This document shows positions 1 through 9,802 of a DNA stretch of 53,951 nt, one piece after another. Each line of letters opens with the position of its first letter. The stretch's first letter is position 1. The stretch covers positions 1-53,951 of IMG/VR virus record IMGVR_UViG_3300048672_001423. One strand, written 5' to 3'. Under the pieces are notes generated by a model that worked only from the letters and a program-made list of their open reading frames with translations, ran no database searches and was not told the DNA's origin. A program made the translations under genes and the position numbers. The stretch comes from a virus. Lineage: Duplodnaviria; Caudoviricetes.

Positions 1-2
1 TT

Positions 3-341
3 AGAGACTCAAAAACCCCCCCCCTAGTTCCGCCATCCCCCCCCAAAGATAATTCACTATTCAATGAATGGTGGAGTATTTGGAAGAAGAAAGTTGGCAA
101 AGAAAAAGCAATGAAAAAATTCCTTTCTCTAAAAGAAAGTGAACAAAAAGAAGTCATTGAACACTCAAAACAATACATGGCTGTAATTACAGATGTTCAA
201 TATATCTGTGACACAAATAAGTACTTGAGTAATAAATTTTACCGAGAACCAGATTTTATAAAATCTCGTGATTTTAGAAAGAAAGATATTCCAAACAAGA
301 AAACAATCGCAGTTAGAGCTGCCGATGATGAAGGTCTATGA
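3..341 (+). CDS. C-terminal part of a phage replication initiator/replisome organiser (5' truncated by window)
   Basis: The frame of the 111..341 ORF is open back to position 3: RDSKTPPLVPPSPPKDNSLFNEWWSIWKKKVGKEKAMKKF. This resembles the FxxFWxxYPKKVGKxxA C-terminal motif of phage initiators, and a DnaC-like ATPase lies downstream. Confidence 0.6.
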   Translation, partial: RDSKTPPLVPPSPPKDNSLFNEWWSIWKKKVGKEKAMKKFLSLKESEQKEVIEHSKQYMAVITDVQYICDTNKYLSNKFYREPDFIKSRDFRKKDIPNKKTIAVRAADDEGL

Positions 342-547
342 AAAAAAGAAAGTGTGTTTTTAAAAAGTACTCTGAAACTGATAAAAAGTTTCAATCAGAG
401 TTTTGTAACGAAGGAATTTTCCATCAATGGGCAAACTCTTATGTTGAATTTGAGTCTGGGCCTGGCAACTTTACTTATGCGATAGTTGAATCGCCTGATG
501 GAACAATTAATGAAGTATTACCATGTCACATTAAATTTATAAACTAA
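338..547 (+). CDS. conserved-looking small phage hypothetical protein
   Basis: ATGA overlap with the upstream gene; FHQW...E...GPGNFTYAIVExPDG motif. Confidence 0.7.
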   Translation: MKKRKCVFKKYSETDKKFQSEFCNEGIFHQWANSYVEFESGPGNFTYAIVESPDGTINEVLPCHIKFIN

Positions 548-560
548 AAAAATCAATCAA

Positions 561-1307
561 ATGAATTTAGAGATTATTCAATTACAATTAAACAGAAAGA
601 CTGGCGGTTTAGACATTTCATACTCAGAAAATGTTTCTTTCAAAGTTGAAAAGCACAAAGTTAGCTTTCCACATAGGCCGAAAAAAGCATTAGTAAATGC
701 TATTCGTAAATTAGCAATTCACATACCTTTTTTATGTGAGTTTGAAATAGAAAAGGATTTTGACGAATGTAAGTTAAACGAAGACGAAAAAGGCTTTTAT
801 GAAGAAACGTTTTATAATTGCCAATCTAGTGGATTTATCATTCGCAGAAAAGAAGACATTGAAGTAAAAGTTTATGGAAGAAAAAGGCTTGAGTTTGCAA
901 GTATTGATAAGTTCATGGATATTACTACGCCATATTTTATAGTTAGTGACGCATCAGAGTACATTTATAATGATGAATTAATGAAAGATATTTCAGAAAT
1001 TTAAGTACTTGCAACTAACTACATCAACGGTGATTACGATAAAGCGGGAACGCAAACTGATTTGTTTCAAGGTGGTGAAGTAATCATAAAAAGAGAAGAG
1101 AAAGAAACAGGTGCTATCCTTCTTGAAGGAAAAGAAATTCTTGCACTCCAAGATAACAACCAAAAATTACTTCCACAATACGAAGATGAAGAAGAGGAAA
1201 AACCATTCCCAGAAAATTTAGAGGAATTTCATCAAGAAGAAGAAGAGCAGCCAAAGAAAACGAAAAACAAAAAAAGCTCAAATCTGAAACCTTCTAAGAA
1301 AAAATAG
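561..1307 (+). pseudogene. hypothetical protein interrupted by one in-frame TAA at 1002-1004
   Basis: ORFs 561..1004 and 1062..1307 are in the same frame, and the intervening codons read VLATNYINGDYDKAGTQTDLF with no further stop. Confidence 0.55.
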
Positions 1308-1308
1308 A

Positions 1309-1578
1309 GTGATAGAGTCAATATTAAACGACATAAAGTTAGCATTAAGAAGCAACGCTAATCAAATCAGAATTGCATCAAAAAGTGATTCGTTTCTTCT
1401 TATGCTACCTTTTTTAATTGAAAAAGAATTTGACTCACATAATATTGAGTTTCTAAAAAATGGAAAGGAACGGTACATAAAAATAGAGTCATTGGAGATT
1501 TACTTTTTTAAGTACAATTCTGATTCTATCAAAAAAATGATTCAAAAATCTTACAAAAACATAGTATTTTATGATTGA
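1309..1578 (+). CDS. hypothetical protein
   Basis: ORF tightly packed in the + strand operon. Confidence 0.6.
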   Translation: MIESILNDIKLALRSNANQIRIASKSDSFLLMLPFLIEKEFDSHNIEFLKNGKERYIKIESLEIYFFKYNSDSIKKMIQKSYKNIVFYD

Positions 1579-2332
1579 TGAAATTATTGCATCATTACAA
1601 CCAAAAGAAGAAAAACCAATAGATTATGGTGACTATCAAGCTAGATTCAATAATCTATCAATGTACGTAAAATGGCATTTTGATAATGTCATACATACGA
1701 ATCAAAAAAAGTTTATTGTGACTGATTATAACAAGCAAGTAATCAACTTACTTCTTTCTTATTTTTCAGAGCATCCATATTTTCTCAAACCAGAAAACAA
1801 AACAAGGTCAAAAGCAGAGGATTATAACTTTGATAAGTCGATTCTATTAATCGGACCGATTGGATGCGGTAAGACTGATATTATGACCGCCATAATGAAG
1901 TCTATTGTTATATTGACAGAACACCCAGAAGTTTCTAGCAATGAAAGGAAGTTTTGGAAAGCAAAGCAGTTTTCGATAGATTTTTGTTCTGAATTTGACG
2001 AAAGGTTTTCTATTGAAGGATACGAAATGATGAAGAAATTCAAGGCGTATAAAAATTTCCTATTAGACGATTTAGGTCATGATGATGGCTCGTCTAATTA
2101 TTCAAACAAAGATGTGATTATAGCTGGTAGAATAATGGTAAACAGATACAATTTATCCAAATTTGTGGACTGCAAAACTCATTATACTACAAATTTATTC
2201 CTTGAGTCAAAAGATAGTTTGATTACAACTATTGAATCAAAATATGGCTCTCGTGAAAAGGATAGATTTTTTGAAACTCATAATTTAATTTATTTCCCAA
2301 ACAATTCACCAAGTCTAAGGAATAAGATATGA
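1571..2332 (+). CDS. DnaC/IstB-like P-loop ATPase (helicase loader)
   Basis: Walker A GPIGCGKT, Walker B FLLDDLG, TTN motif, YGSRxxDR arginine-finger region. Confidence 0.8.
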   Translation: MIDEIIASLQPKEEKPIDYGDYQARFNNLSMYVKWHFDNVIHTNQKKFIVTDYNKQVINLLLSYFSEHPYFLKPENKTRSKAEDYNFDKSILLIGPIGCGKTDIMTAIMKSIVILTEHPEVSSNERKFWKAKQFSIDFCSEFDERFSIEGYEMMKKFKAYKNFLLDDLGHDDGSSNYSNKDVIIAGRIMVNRYNLSKFVDCKTHYTTNLFLESKDSLITTIESKYGSREKDRFFETHNLIYFPNNSPSLRNKI

Positions 2333-2808
2333 AACAGGTACAATTTAGACAACAAACTGATTTATTAGAAAACCCAATTAATACTGAGGTTTTCGGTGTG
2401 TATGCAATGGATAACCAAACGGAAGCAATTAGCGTTTTTTCTCTTACTGATGAAGAAGCAAAACAAGTAGCTGAAACAAAAGTAATTTACGTTAAACAAA
2501 ACGTAACAAATGGTTTTCGATTGATAGAATGTTATGCTTTTATGAAAAATGCAGGATTGCCAATTCTTGGCGTAAATTGGATTGCATTGATGGACTCAGA
2601 AATGACAGAAAACTTCATGCACGATTTACAGATAAGATGGCCAAATGAAAACATACCAAATACTGTTTTGTCAAACAGTTATGATTCGTTTAAGGACTTT
2701 GTTTTAATCGGTTTGGGGCTTACTCAACAAGTTTTTGATGAAACATGGCGAGTAAAATCAAGCAAATGGATTGAAATTTCAGAAATGCACAAAAACGTTA
2801 AGATGTGA
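2329..2808 (+). CDS. hypothetical protein
   Basis: ORF with overlapping start/stop on both sides. Confidence 0.65.
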   Translation: MKQVQFRQQTDLLENPINTEVFGVYAMDNQTEAISVFSLTDEEAKQVAETKVIYVKQNVTNGFRLIECYAFMKNAGLPILGVNWIALMDSEMTENFMHDLQIRWPNENIPNTVLSNSYDSFKDFVLIGLGLTQQVFDETWRVKSSKWIEISEMHKNVKM

Positions 2809-3170
2809 AAGAAAAAACTTGCTCAATTTGCGGACAAAAACGCTCGCTGTGGCGTTCTAATCCTCCAACTTGTAAGAACTGCGTACAAAGAAAAAAAATC
2901 GCTCAAACAAGCGAAAAACGCAAAATAACTTTAAAGTCTTATAGCAATCAAAGAAAGGATTTTTTACAAAAAAATGCCGTATGCAAATTAAAGCTTTCAA
3001 GATGTACCAGTAAAGCAACTGTGATACATCACACAAAAGGAAAATCTAGTGAAGAGCTTTATTTGGATGAAAAATTTTGGATGGCATCTTGTTGGAATTG
3101 TAATCTTGATGTAGAAACTTATGAGCAAGCATATGAAGAAGGTTTAAAAATTCACCGTAACCAAATTTAG
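2805..3170 (+). CDS. Zn-finger/HNH-like protein
   Basis: CxxC pairs, C...C...IHHxKG...CxxC pattern. Confidence 0.55.
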   Translation: MKEKTCSICGQKRSLWRSNPPTCKNCVQRKKIAQTSEKRKITLKSYSNQRKDFLQKNAVCKLKLSRCTSKATVIHHTKGKSSEELYLDEKFWMASCWNCNLDVETYEQAYEEGLKIHRNQI

Positions 3171-3173
3171 AAA

Positions 3174-3413
3174 ATGATTAAAGAACCTATTTATGTATTT
3201 TATCACTTTGTTTGTAATAATAAGAAATGTAAAAATTCAATAAATGATTTTAATAGTGAAGTTATTACAAATCGAATTGAATTTAAGTCAGAAGAAGAAA
3301 AATTAAAATTCAAACACAGTGGTATGAAATGCGATTGTTGTAAAAATGAAATGAGTAGTTCTTCTAGTAATGGCTCTGTATTTGGAATAAACTTAAATAA
3401 TCAAGAATTATGA
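3174..3413 (+). CDS. small Zn-ribbon hypothetical protein
   Basis: CxxxxC and CxxC motifs. Confidence 0.55.
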   Translation: MIKEPIYVFYHFVCNNKKCKNSINDFNSEVITNRIEFKSEEEKLKFKHSGMKCDCCKNEMSSSSSNGSVFGINLNNQEL

Positions 3414-3525
3414 TTCAATTATTAGATTTTTACTTATTCGTTTCCGTATCTCTCTCATTAATGTATTTGAGTGAAGGTGAAACGACTTTAGTCTCATTAA
3501 AAAACGGTTTTTTACTGATAATAAA

Positions 3526-3837
3526 ATGACACAATGCAATATACCTCTACCTTATATTGAAGAAATGTTTTGTTCTGATGGTTACAACATCAGAAACTCA
3601 AAAGATAGCATTTCAATTACAGGTGATAAAAGAGTATTTATCAATGATAAGTATTTTGGATTTGTTGAAAGGCAAATAGGAAGTAATTTATTAGTAGTAT
3701 GTGAGTCTTACAATAAACTATTAAATTGTTTAGCTTACTTACTAACGATAAAAGATAATAAAGTATCAATGAAAAATGTTGGCTATTGGACTGGCAATTA
3801 CGAAGACATTAAAGATTTAATCGAACTAAATTTATGA
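3526..3837 (+). CDS. hypothetical protein
   Basis: ORF in operon. Confidence 0.6.
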   Translation: MTQCNIPLPYIEEMFCSDGYNIRNSKDSISITGDKRVFINDKYFGFVERQIGSNLLVVCESYNKLLNCLAYLLTIKDNKVSMKNVGYWTGNYEDIKDLIELNL

Positions 3838-4238
3838 AAAAAGAAGAAAAAAGCCTACACTCAAAAATTTGCTCATTTTTGGACATAAATTATCCAAGAG
3901 TAATTTACGCAGTTGACCCAGCAGGAATTCGACTAGGCCCTGGGCTTGCATCCGAAGTAAAAAGAAAAAGATGCAAGAATTGGAAAACACTCGATATACC
4001 AATTTATCACCCAAGCAAACATTTTCATTCACTTTTCTTGGAAGTGAAAAAAGAAACACCATTCAAACAAAATGGTGAGTTAAAAGCTGATGAAGCTGTT
4101 CAAGAACAAGCAAAAACAATCGAAGAGCATATTCGCCTTGGTTCTTATGCTTGTTTTGTTTGGACTTATGAGCAAGCAGTTGATGTAATCACTAAATATT
4201 TTCAAAACCATGATTTACGACTTATCGAACAAGAATAG
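3834..4238 (+). CDS. VRR-NUC-like PD-(D/E)xK nuclease
   Basis: E..LH..I, LDI..., LFLEVK, Q...I..H...G pattern. Confidence 0.65.
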   Translation: MKKEEKSLHSKICSFLDINYPRVIYAVDPAGIRLGPGLASEVKRKRCKNWKTLDIPIYHPSKHFHSLFLEVKKETPFKQNGELKADEAVQEQAKTIEEHIRLGSYACFVWTYEQAVDVITKYFQNHDLRLIEQE

Positions 4239-4569
4239 CAAAAAAGCACTTCTTGAACACATTGAAACTCTTTCAAAACTTGGCGGAAAGTATGATGTTG
4301 AAATAAACGAATTTACAGGAACAGAAAAAGAACTGCAAAAAGTGTATTTCAGTACTATTGTAGAGCCGTTAGCTGAGTTTACAGGAAATGATAGATTTGA
4401 TGTTCACACTCAGTTAAAAATCACTTGTAACCCAGAGTTTGAATTTTTTGAAATTACAAAAGCAGGTACGACTAAGAATATTTCAAAAGAAAAATGGGTC
4501 AACTATATATTGAGATGTCAAGATTATATAATCTCTAACTTTGGATTTATAGTAAATAATAGAATTTGA
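4210..4569 (+). CDS. NinB/YbcN-like recombination protein
   Basis: YF...V.PLAEFTG...DVH..LK and TT..SKE.W..YI pattern. Confidence 0.55.
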   Translation: MIYDLSNKNSKKALLEHIETLSKLGGKYDVEINEFTGTEKELQKVYFSTIVEPLAEFTGNDRFDVHTQLKITCNPEFEFFEITKAGTTKNISKEKWVNYILRCQDYIISNFGFIVNNRI

Positions 4570-4587
4570 ATTTATAAATAACACGAA

Positions 4588-5187
4588 ATGAAACAAGAAA
4601 TTAAATTTATCATCATAGACTTGTTCTGTGGTGCCGGTGGAACTACAACAGGATTTGAAGAAAGTCCATATTTAAAAGTAATTGCTACACAAGAAAGGCT
4701 TGGACTTGTTACTATTGATTTTATAAGCACATATTACTCTGGGAAAGCTGATTCAAAGGTAAAATCATTAGATGTTCCTGCTGGCACAATTACAACAGTC
4801 GACCATCATGCAAAAATATCTTGCATTATGAATTATCATGGAACGACAAAAACTCTAATTTCTTCTGACAAGCCATGCCCAGTAATTGTTGCTAGACAAG
4901 ATAAAGCACCTTTGTCGCTAATTACTTGCACTCGTGGAGAGTTTTCCGTTCCTATTTACGAAAATGATTCAGAGGTAATGATTGAAATAAAAAAGTTGAT
5001 GGCAAAATATGGGATAAGAGACATTAAAACTAGAATGTTCACAGTACAGGAAAAATTAGAAATACAAGGCTTTCCAAAAAACTATGTTCTTTTTGGAAGA
5101 GTTGAAGACAAAGGGAAATTTGTTGGAAACTCTGTAACTCCAATTATTCCAAAAATGTGGATTAATGAAATGGCAAAATATGTATAA
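4588..5187 (+). pseudogene. internally deleted C5-cytosine DNA methyltransferase (ORF intact, catalytic core missing)
   Basis: Motif I IDLFCGAGG and motifs IX/X (RMFTVQE...QGFP, GNSV) are present; the catalytic PC motif IV and ENV motif VI are absent; only 199 aa. Confidence 0.7.
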
Positions 5188-5204
5188 CTATAATCTAAAA
5201 ACCA

Positions 5205-5618
5205 ATGAATGTTATTTATTACTACCCAGAAATTGGAAAAACTATAAAGTGGGATATTGAGCCTCATATAATCAATAGACTTGAAAAAAGCGGCAAGTTG
5301 AATGATTATAAATTGAAAGAGTTAAAAATCCAATACCTTTCTGACAAAATCTTTATGAAGTCGAAAGAAATAAATCTTTTTTTAGTTACTGATAAGTCAT
5401 TAGAAATGAATGGATTAGTTGCCGATATGTTAATCATTGATGAAAATGTTTTCAGAGAGTTTGATTACAATAAAATTGAGGAAATAATCAAAAAATTCTA
5501 CATCAGAGTAAGAAAACCGAATAAAACATTGACTGAGTGTACTAAAATAATGGCAGAAGCTAAAGAACTGACATTAAAAAAGCTTTGGAACGAATTTTCC
5601 ACCGACAAATATTTATAA
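5205..5618 (+). CDS. hypothetical protein
   Basis: ORF in operon. Confidence 0.6.
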   Translation: MNVIYYYPEIGKTIKWDIEPHIINRLEKSGKLNDYKLKELKIQYLSDKIFMKSKEINLFLVTDKSLEMNGLVADMLIIDENVFREFDYNKIEEIIKKFYIRVRKPNKTLTECTKIMAEAKELTLKKLWNEFSTDKYL

Positions 5619-5619
5619 T

Positions 5620-6798
5620 ATGAGAGAAGAAATAAAAATGCGGCCCTATCAAGAAGATGCTGTACATTATACTTACGAACATTTTTATAATGTAAAAAAT
5701 AAAAACGGTATAATAATTCTTCCTACTGGTTCTGGTAAAAGTATTGTAATAGCAAATATCATCAAAAGGATAAACGTTCCTACATTGATTTTACAACCTT
5801 CTAAAGAAATTCTAGTACAGAATTACAAGAAATATACTGATTTAGGGTTTTATGCTGAGGTATTTTCTGCTTCATTGGGGCAAAAACAAGTAGGAATGGT
5901 AACATTTGCAACAATAGGCTCAATCATCAAAAAAATGGAGCTTTTCAAGCACATTAAATTGATAATAATTGATGAATGTCATGGAGTAGAACCAACAAAA
6001 GGTATGTATAATACTTTGATTAGGCAAATGAAAGTCAAAGTGATTGGATTAACAGCAACGCCTTATAGGTTGTACTCTTCAATGGGTGGTTCTGAGCTTA
6101 GATTTATCACTAGGCAACGACAAACTCAATTACATGACATCATTTATTTAGTTCAAAACAGGAAGCTTTTTGATGATAATTATTTAGCAAAACTTCGGTA
6201 TTTTGAAATTAAAGACAAACATTTTGAATATGATACATCCAAAATGGAGAAAACCGCTAACGGCTCCGATTATACCGAAAGGTCGATGAAGGAATATCAT
6301 AAGTCTATAAATTTCCCAGAAAAAATATCTAACATAGCTAATAGAGTAATAACCGCAGGAAGAAAAAACGCACTAATTTTTGTTAGATTCTTAGACGAAG
6401 CTAGGGAGATAGTAAGACTAAATCCAACATTCGGCTATATTGATGGAGAGATGGACCAAAAATCTAGAGATGCTGTAATAAAAGCATTTTTAGATGGAAG
6501 GATAAAAGTTCTTGTAAATTCTGGCGTTTTAACTACAGGTTTTGATTTTCCAGAACTAGAATGTGTGATTATGGGAAGAGATACATTATCTTTGGCACTT
6601 TATTACCAGATAGTTGGAAGAGGAATAAGGATACACAAAAACAAAGAAGATTCTTGGATTATTGATATGTGCAAAAATATTGATAGATTTGGAAAAGTTG
6701 AAGATTTAGTAATCAAGTTCGATACAAAAAGAAGGCCGTTTGTTGCAGGATTAGTAAACAAAAAACAAAAAATGCTTACAAACTGTAAAATATATTAA
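5620..6798 (+). CDS. superfamily 2 DNA helicase (RadD/UvsW-like)
   Basis: RPYQ, PTGSGKS, DECH, TATP, LTTGFDFP and QxxGRGxR motifs. Confidence 0.9.
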   Translation: MREEIKMRPYQEDAVHYTYEHFYNVKNKNGIIILPTGSGKSIVIANIIKRINVPTLILQPSKEILVQNYKKYTDLGFYAEVFSASLGQKQVGMVTFATIGSIIKKMELFKHIKLIIIDECHGVEPTKGMYNTLIRQMKVKVIGLTATPYRLYSSMGGSELRFITRQRQTQLHDIIYLVQNRKLFDDNYLAKLRYFEIKDKHFEYDTSKMEKTANGSDYTERSMKEYHKSINFPEKISNIANRVITAGRKNALIFVRFLDEAREIVRLNPTFGYIDGEMDQKSRDAVIKAFLDGRIKVLVNSGVLTTGFDFPELECVIMGRDTLSLALYYQIVGRGIRIHKNKEDSWIIDMCKNIDRFGKVEDLVIKFDTKRRPFVAGLVNKKQKMLTNCKIY

Positions 6799-6824
6799 GT
6801 TTTGATTTCGTGTTATAAACAGAA

Positions 6825-6850
6825 AAAGCCAGAGAATTTTCTCTGGCTTT
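6825..6850. terminator. bidirectional intrinsic terminator between convergent operons
   Basis: AAAGCCAGAGA-attt-TCTCTGGCTTT perfect 11-bp stem. Confidence 0.8.
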
Positions 6851-6870
6851 CCTTATTTACGGCAAAAATA

Positions 6871-7449
6871 TTAAACATAAGACAATGCTCTTGGGATAAT
6901 GCCAGTCATTCTGAATGAAATAGTACAATCAAATTTATTTGAAATTGTATCTGCTCCTTGAGTGCTACTTTGGCTAGAATAGAAAGTAGCTTTCAATCCG
7001 TTCTTTCCTCCATATAAATAGCCATCAATTACATACCAAAATCTTATTTCACCCATACATTGAGCTTTCTCATGCCACAAATAATTTTCTGGTGACATAT
7101 CCGAGTCAACAAACGTAATTTGTCTATTAGACCATTTAGGGATTTTTGTTCCGTATTCATCTGTAACTGTATCTGGGTCTGCTGCTGGCAACTCAGCAAA
7201 AACAGTCTTGAATCTTACTGCATCAGCATCGGTTGAAGTATTAGAAACTCTATCTAAATACTCAGCCTTAAAACCTGGCACAAGCTCATTTGCAACAATC
7301 GAAGTAGGGTTATTTACCCATCCTTGTTTGCTAAACAAAATCATACTAATTTCAGAAACGGATTTTACTGGGTTGCAATCTCCAACAGTAAAAGTTGGCA
7401 AAGCTGCACAATCAGTTCCGCATCCAATCGGGGTGAATCTATTATTCAT
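6871..7449 (-). CDS. putative virion structural protein (possible major tail tube protein)
   Basis: 192 aa, beta-rich, last gene of the late operon; no other tube candidate recognised; assignment by resemblance only. Confidence 0.4.
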   Translation of the reverse strand: MNNRFTPIGCGTDCAALPTFTVGDCNPVKSVSEISMILFSKQGWVNNPTSIVANELVPGFKAEYLDRVSNTSTDADAVRFKTVFAELPAADPDTVTDEYGTKIPKWSNRQITFVDSDMSPENYLWHEKAQCMGEIRFWYVIDGYLYGGKNGLKATFYSSQSSTQGADTISNKFDCTISFRMTGIIPRALSYV

Positions 7450-7464
7450 TTTGTTAAAAATTTG

Positions 7465-7965
7465 TTATCGTGAAAAATATAATGAACCAAAAATAATTGA
7501 AATTGTAGATAAAACACCAATTAATATTCCGTTTTTTTTGGATTTAACTATTTCTTTTTGATAAAAAGGGATTACAGTTGAGTTTTGAAAGTCATTTATC
7601 ATTAGAATATGTTTTCTGTTCTGAATACTATCTAACATTAACTCTGAAATTCTTGAATCCTTTTTGTAGCTAAAATCAATCAATTTGGAATTTATACTGT
7701 CAAGTGTTGCGTTTTTCTTTAATTCAAAATCGAATTTGTTTTTATATTTGACACCTTCGATAATTAGTTTAGTCTGGCTTTCTATTTGTTTTTTTGGATA
7801 AAACCATCCGTTCGACATCGGATAAGCTATTAAGCTGTCCGATTTCTGACAATAACTTTCCTGTGTCGTCAGTATTAGTATTATACTCAATATAGAGCAT
7901 ATCTTTCTCGTGTTCACATTCATCGTCTTTAGATTTAAGCCAAAGTTTATTTTTACTATTTTCAA
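7465..7965 (-). CDS. membrane protein, spanin-like candidate (start probably ~7923)
   Basis: Signal-like N-terminus, coiled coil and C-terminal TM helix; overlaps the upstream TM/coiled-coil gene; lysis cluster. Confidence 0.45.
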   Translation of the reverse strand: MKIVKINFGLNLKTMNVNTRKICSILSIILILTTQESYCQKSDSLIAYPMSNGWFYPKKQIESQTKLIIEGVKYKNKFDFELKKNATLDSINSKLIDFSYKKDSRISELMLDSIQNRKHILMINDFQNSTVIPFYQKEIVKSKKNGILIGVLSTISIIFGSLYFSR

Positions 7966-8200
7966 TATTCATTCTTGAGTTTTCAGAAAAACAATCTTCA
8001 AGCTTTATTTTAGTAAAAGTGAGTTTTTCCCCTAGAGAATCAATAGTTTTAGTTTTTAATGAATCTTTCAATATCATTGCTTTTTCATTGCCTTTGAGCT
8101 TATTTATAGTGTTATTTTGCAAGAAAATAGCAACTATAAAGCAAATGATTGAGATAAAATTAACAGCTAAAATAATTTTTTTGTAGTCAATGTTATTCAT
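7769..8200 (-). CDS. inner-membrane spanin-like protein
   Basis: N-terminal TM helix followed by coiled coil; lysis cluster. Confidence 0.45.
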   Translation of the reverse strand: MNNIDYKKIILAVNFISIICFIVAIFLQNNTINKLKGNEKAMILKDSLKTKTIDSLGEKLTFTKIKLEDCFSENSRMNIENSKNKLWLKSKDDECEHEKDMLYIEYNTNTDDTGKLLSEIGQLNSLSDVERMVLSKKTNRKPD

Positions 8201-8513
8201 TCTTTTTTTTGTTTTTTATATACTCTTCTAAATCATCTTTGTAATCGTTAAAAAACTTTTCTTCATTTTGAATTTTTCTTGATTTTTCACCTTCGGCCGT
8301 AAGCAAAAAGAATATTTTCAAGCTAAAATATGTCATAACTACAACAAAGGTAGCTAGGTCGCTACCTTCTTTAAATGTTCTCACGTTTTTTTGCAATAAG
8401 ATTGCAATAGTAGTGAAAAATATATCTGCCATAGAAAAGAATTTACTCACAATCGCTTTGTATTCCATTCGTACAGGGAAACAATTATAGTTACAAAAAA
8501 TAATGCAATACAA
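8193..8513 (-). CDS. small membrane protein (holin candidate)
   Basis: Two hydrophobic segments and a charged C-terminus. Confidence 0.4.
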   Translation of the reverse strand: MYCIIFCNYNCFPVRMEYKAIVSKFFSMADIFFTTIAILLQKNVRTFKEGSDLATFVVVMTYFSLKIFFLLTAEGEKSRKIQNEEKFFNDYKDDLEEYIKNKKKNE

Positions 8514-8854
8514 TCTAGTTTTAATGTGTCTTCAGTAAAAACACCAAAACTCATAATTAATGAGTAAAACAGCCTAATCAATGAAATATAATAAAGGTAT
8601 TTAGCTATAAACGAAACCACTTTGTCTTTATTTAAAGTCAAAAAGCACAAAAGTATCGACATTTGAATTTTATCAGAAATAAAATAAAAATTGTTCATCC
8701 ATTCTGAGCCATCATAAGCAATATAAAAAACTGCTATACTTCCCAAACTTAGGAAGCATAGCAGTTTCATACCATTAACCGCCTGGCTTAACAGGATGGT
8801 CTGTATCCTCGTTAGAAGAATACTTTTCAATGTCTTCATTATCTTTGAGTGCAT
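8447..8854 (-). CDS. multi-TM membrane protein (holin candidate; start probably ~8770)
   Basis: About 4 hydrophobic segments in the lysis cluster. Confidence 0.45.
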   Translation of the reverse strand: MHSKIMKTLKSILLTRIQTILLSQAVNGMKLLCFLSLGSIAVFYIAYDGSEWMNNFYFISDKIQMSILLCFLTLNKDKVVSFIAKYLYYISLIRLFYSLIMSFGVFTEDTLKLDCIALFFVTIIVSLYEWNTKRL

Positions 8855-9260
8855 TAGAAAATATTTTTTTTACTCTGTTATATACAATCTCCCAAAATAA
8901 GCCAGTACAAAAAGCAACAATAGCTAGAAGTAATTGAGGTAAAAATGATTTTTGCAGAAAACTTGTAAAAATTACGGCAAAAATCATACTCAGTAACAAA
9001 TAAATTATAGCTCGAAAAAACGTAACTTTTACATATGGTCTTCCATTTTCTTTAGCAACTTGTTCTTTGTATTTTACAATTAACCACCAAGTAAACCCAC
9101 CAGATGCCCCAAAATAAACAAAATCAAAAGTTAGTCCATACTTTTCTAAAAAAACAGCTACGACATTGATTATACCGAGTTTTATAAAAAATACGCCAAC
9201 TAAATACTCCAAAATATCATCCAGATATTCATGGAAAAAAAGCTTGACTACTCCTAACAT
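8775..9260 (-). CDS. multi-TM membrane protein (holin candidate)
   Basis: 3-4 TM segments, two genes downstream of the endolysin. Confidence 0.5.
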   Translation of the reverse strand: MLGVVKLFFHEYLDDILEYLVGVFFIKLGIINVVAVFLEKYGLTFDFVYFGASGGFTWWLIVKYKEQVAKENGRPYVKVTFFRAIIYLLLSMIFAVIFTSFLQKSFLPQLLLAIVAFCTGLFWEIVYNRVKKIFSNALKDNEDIEKYSSNEDTDHPVKPGG

Positions 9261-9740
9261 CTAGTTAATAATTACATAGCCGACTGTACTTGTATCGGAT
9301 GTCTGGTCTGCTCCTGTCGTCTGGGCTGACTTAATAATAAAACTCGTTCCTGCGGTAATTGTTGATACATAATATTGTACTCCTAGTGTGCCGCCCGGCG
9401 TTATCAAAAATACTATAATTTTTGAAGTAGATGTTACGGCTGTATTTGTAACTGTCTTTACTCCTGCGACTAATGTAGTTGTACCAAAACTGGATTTACT
9501 ATGAGTTGGCATAAAAATACGAGTCAATGGAGCATTAGCAGAAAACTTTCCAATAGCTTTCTGTAAAGTATCCAATCGAGTAGCGTAATTTTTAGTACCA
9601 TTTACTGTCAATCTACTTGTAGAAGGGCGTAAATAAAGAGACAATGTATCTACCTGTGTGCTGTTCAATTCTGTTTGAGCTTTGCTTTCAGTAAAGAACA
9701 AAACAGGAATTACGATTAATAAAAAAAGAAACTTTTTCAT
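9261..9740 (-). CDS. signal-peptide protein with Thr-rich beta domain
   Basis: MKKFLFLLIVIPVLFFTESKA|Q Sec signal; C-terminal GT.TLVAG..TV..TAVT domain like those at fibre C-termini. Confidence 0.7.
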   Translation of the reverse strand: MKKFLFLLIVIPVLFFTESKAQTELNSTQVDTLSLYLRPSTSRLTVNGTKNYATRLDTLQKAIGKFSANAPLTRIFMPTHSKSSFGTTTLVAGVKTVTNTAVTSTSKIIVFLITPGGTLGVQYYVSTITAGTSFIIKSAQTTGADQTSDTSTVGYVIIN

Positions 9741-9771
9741 TGGATTTTTTGGTTTTGAATTAATAATAAGA

Positions 9772-9802
9772 CAAATATAAATAGATTGGTTTATTTTGCA
9801 AA
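9772..9802 (-). promoter_or_regulatory. Bacteroidota sigma-ABfr type promoter
   Basis: Minus strand TTTG-19nt-TATATTTG about 30 nt upstream of the 9740 start. Confidence 0.55.

Noticed and set aside
1002-1004. Alternative genetic code (stop reassignment)
   Set aside because: Only one interrupted gene was seen; TAA, TAG and TGA all terminate well-packed genes elsewhere, and no suppressor tRNA is present.
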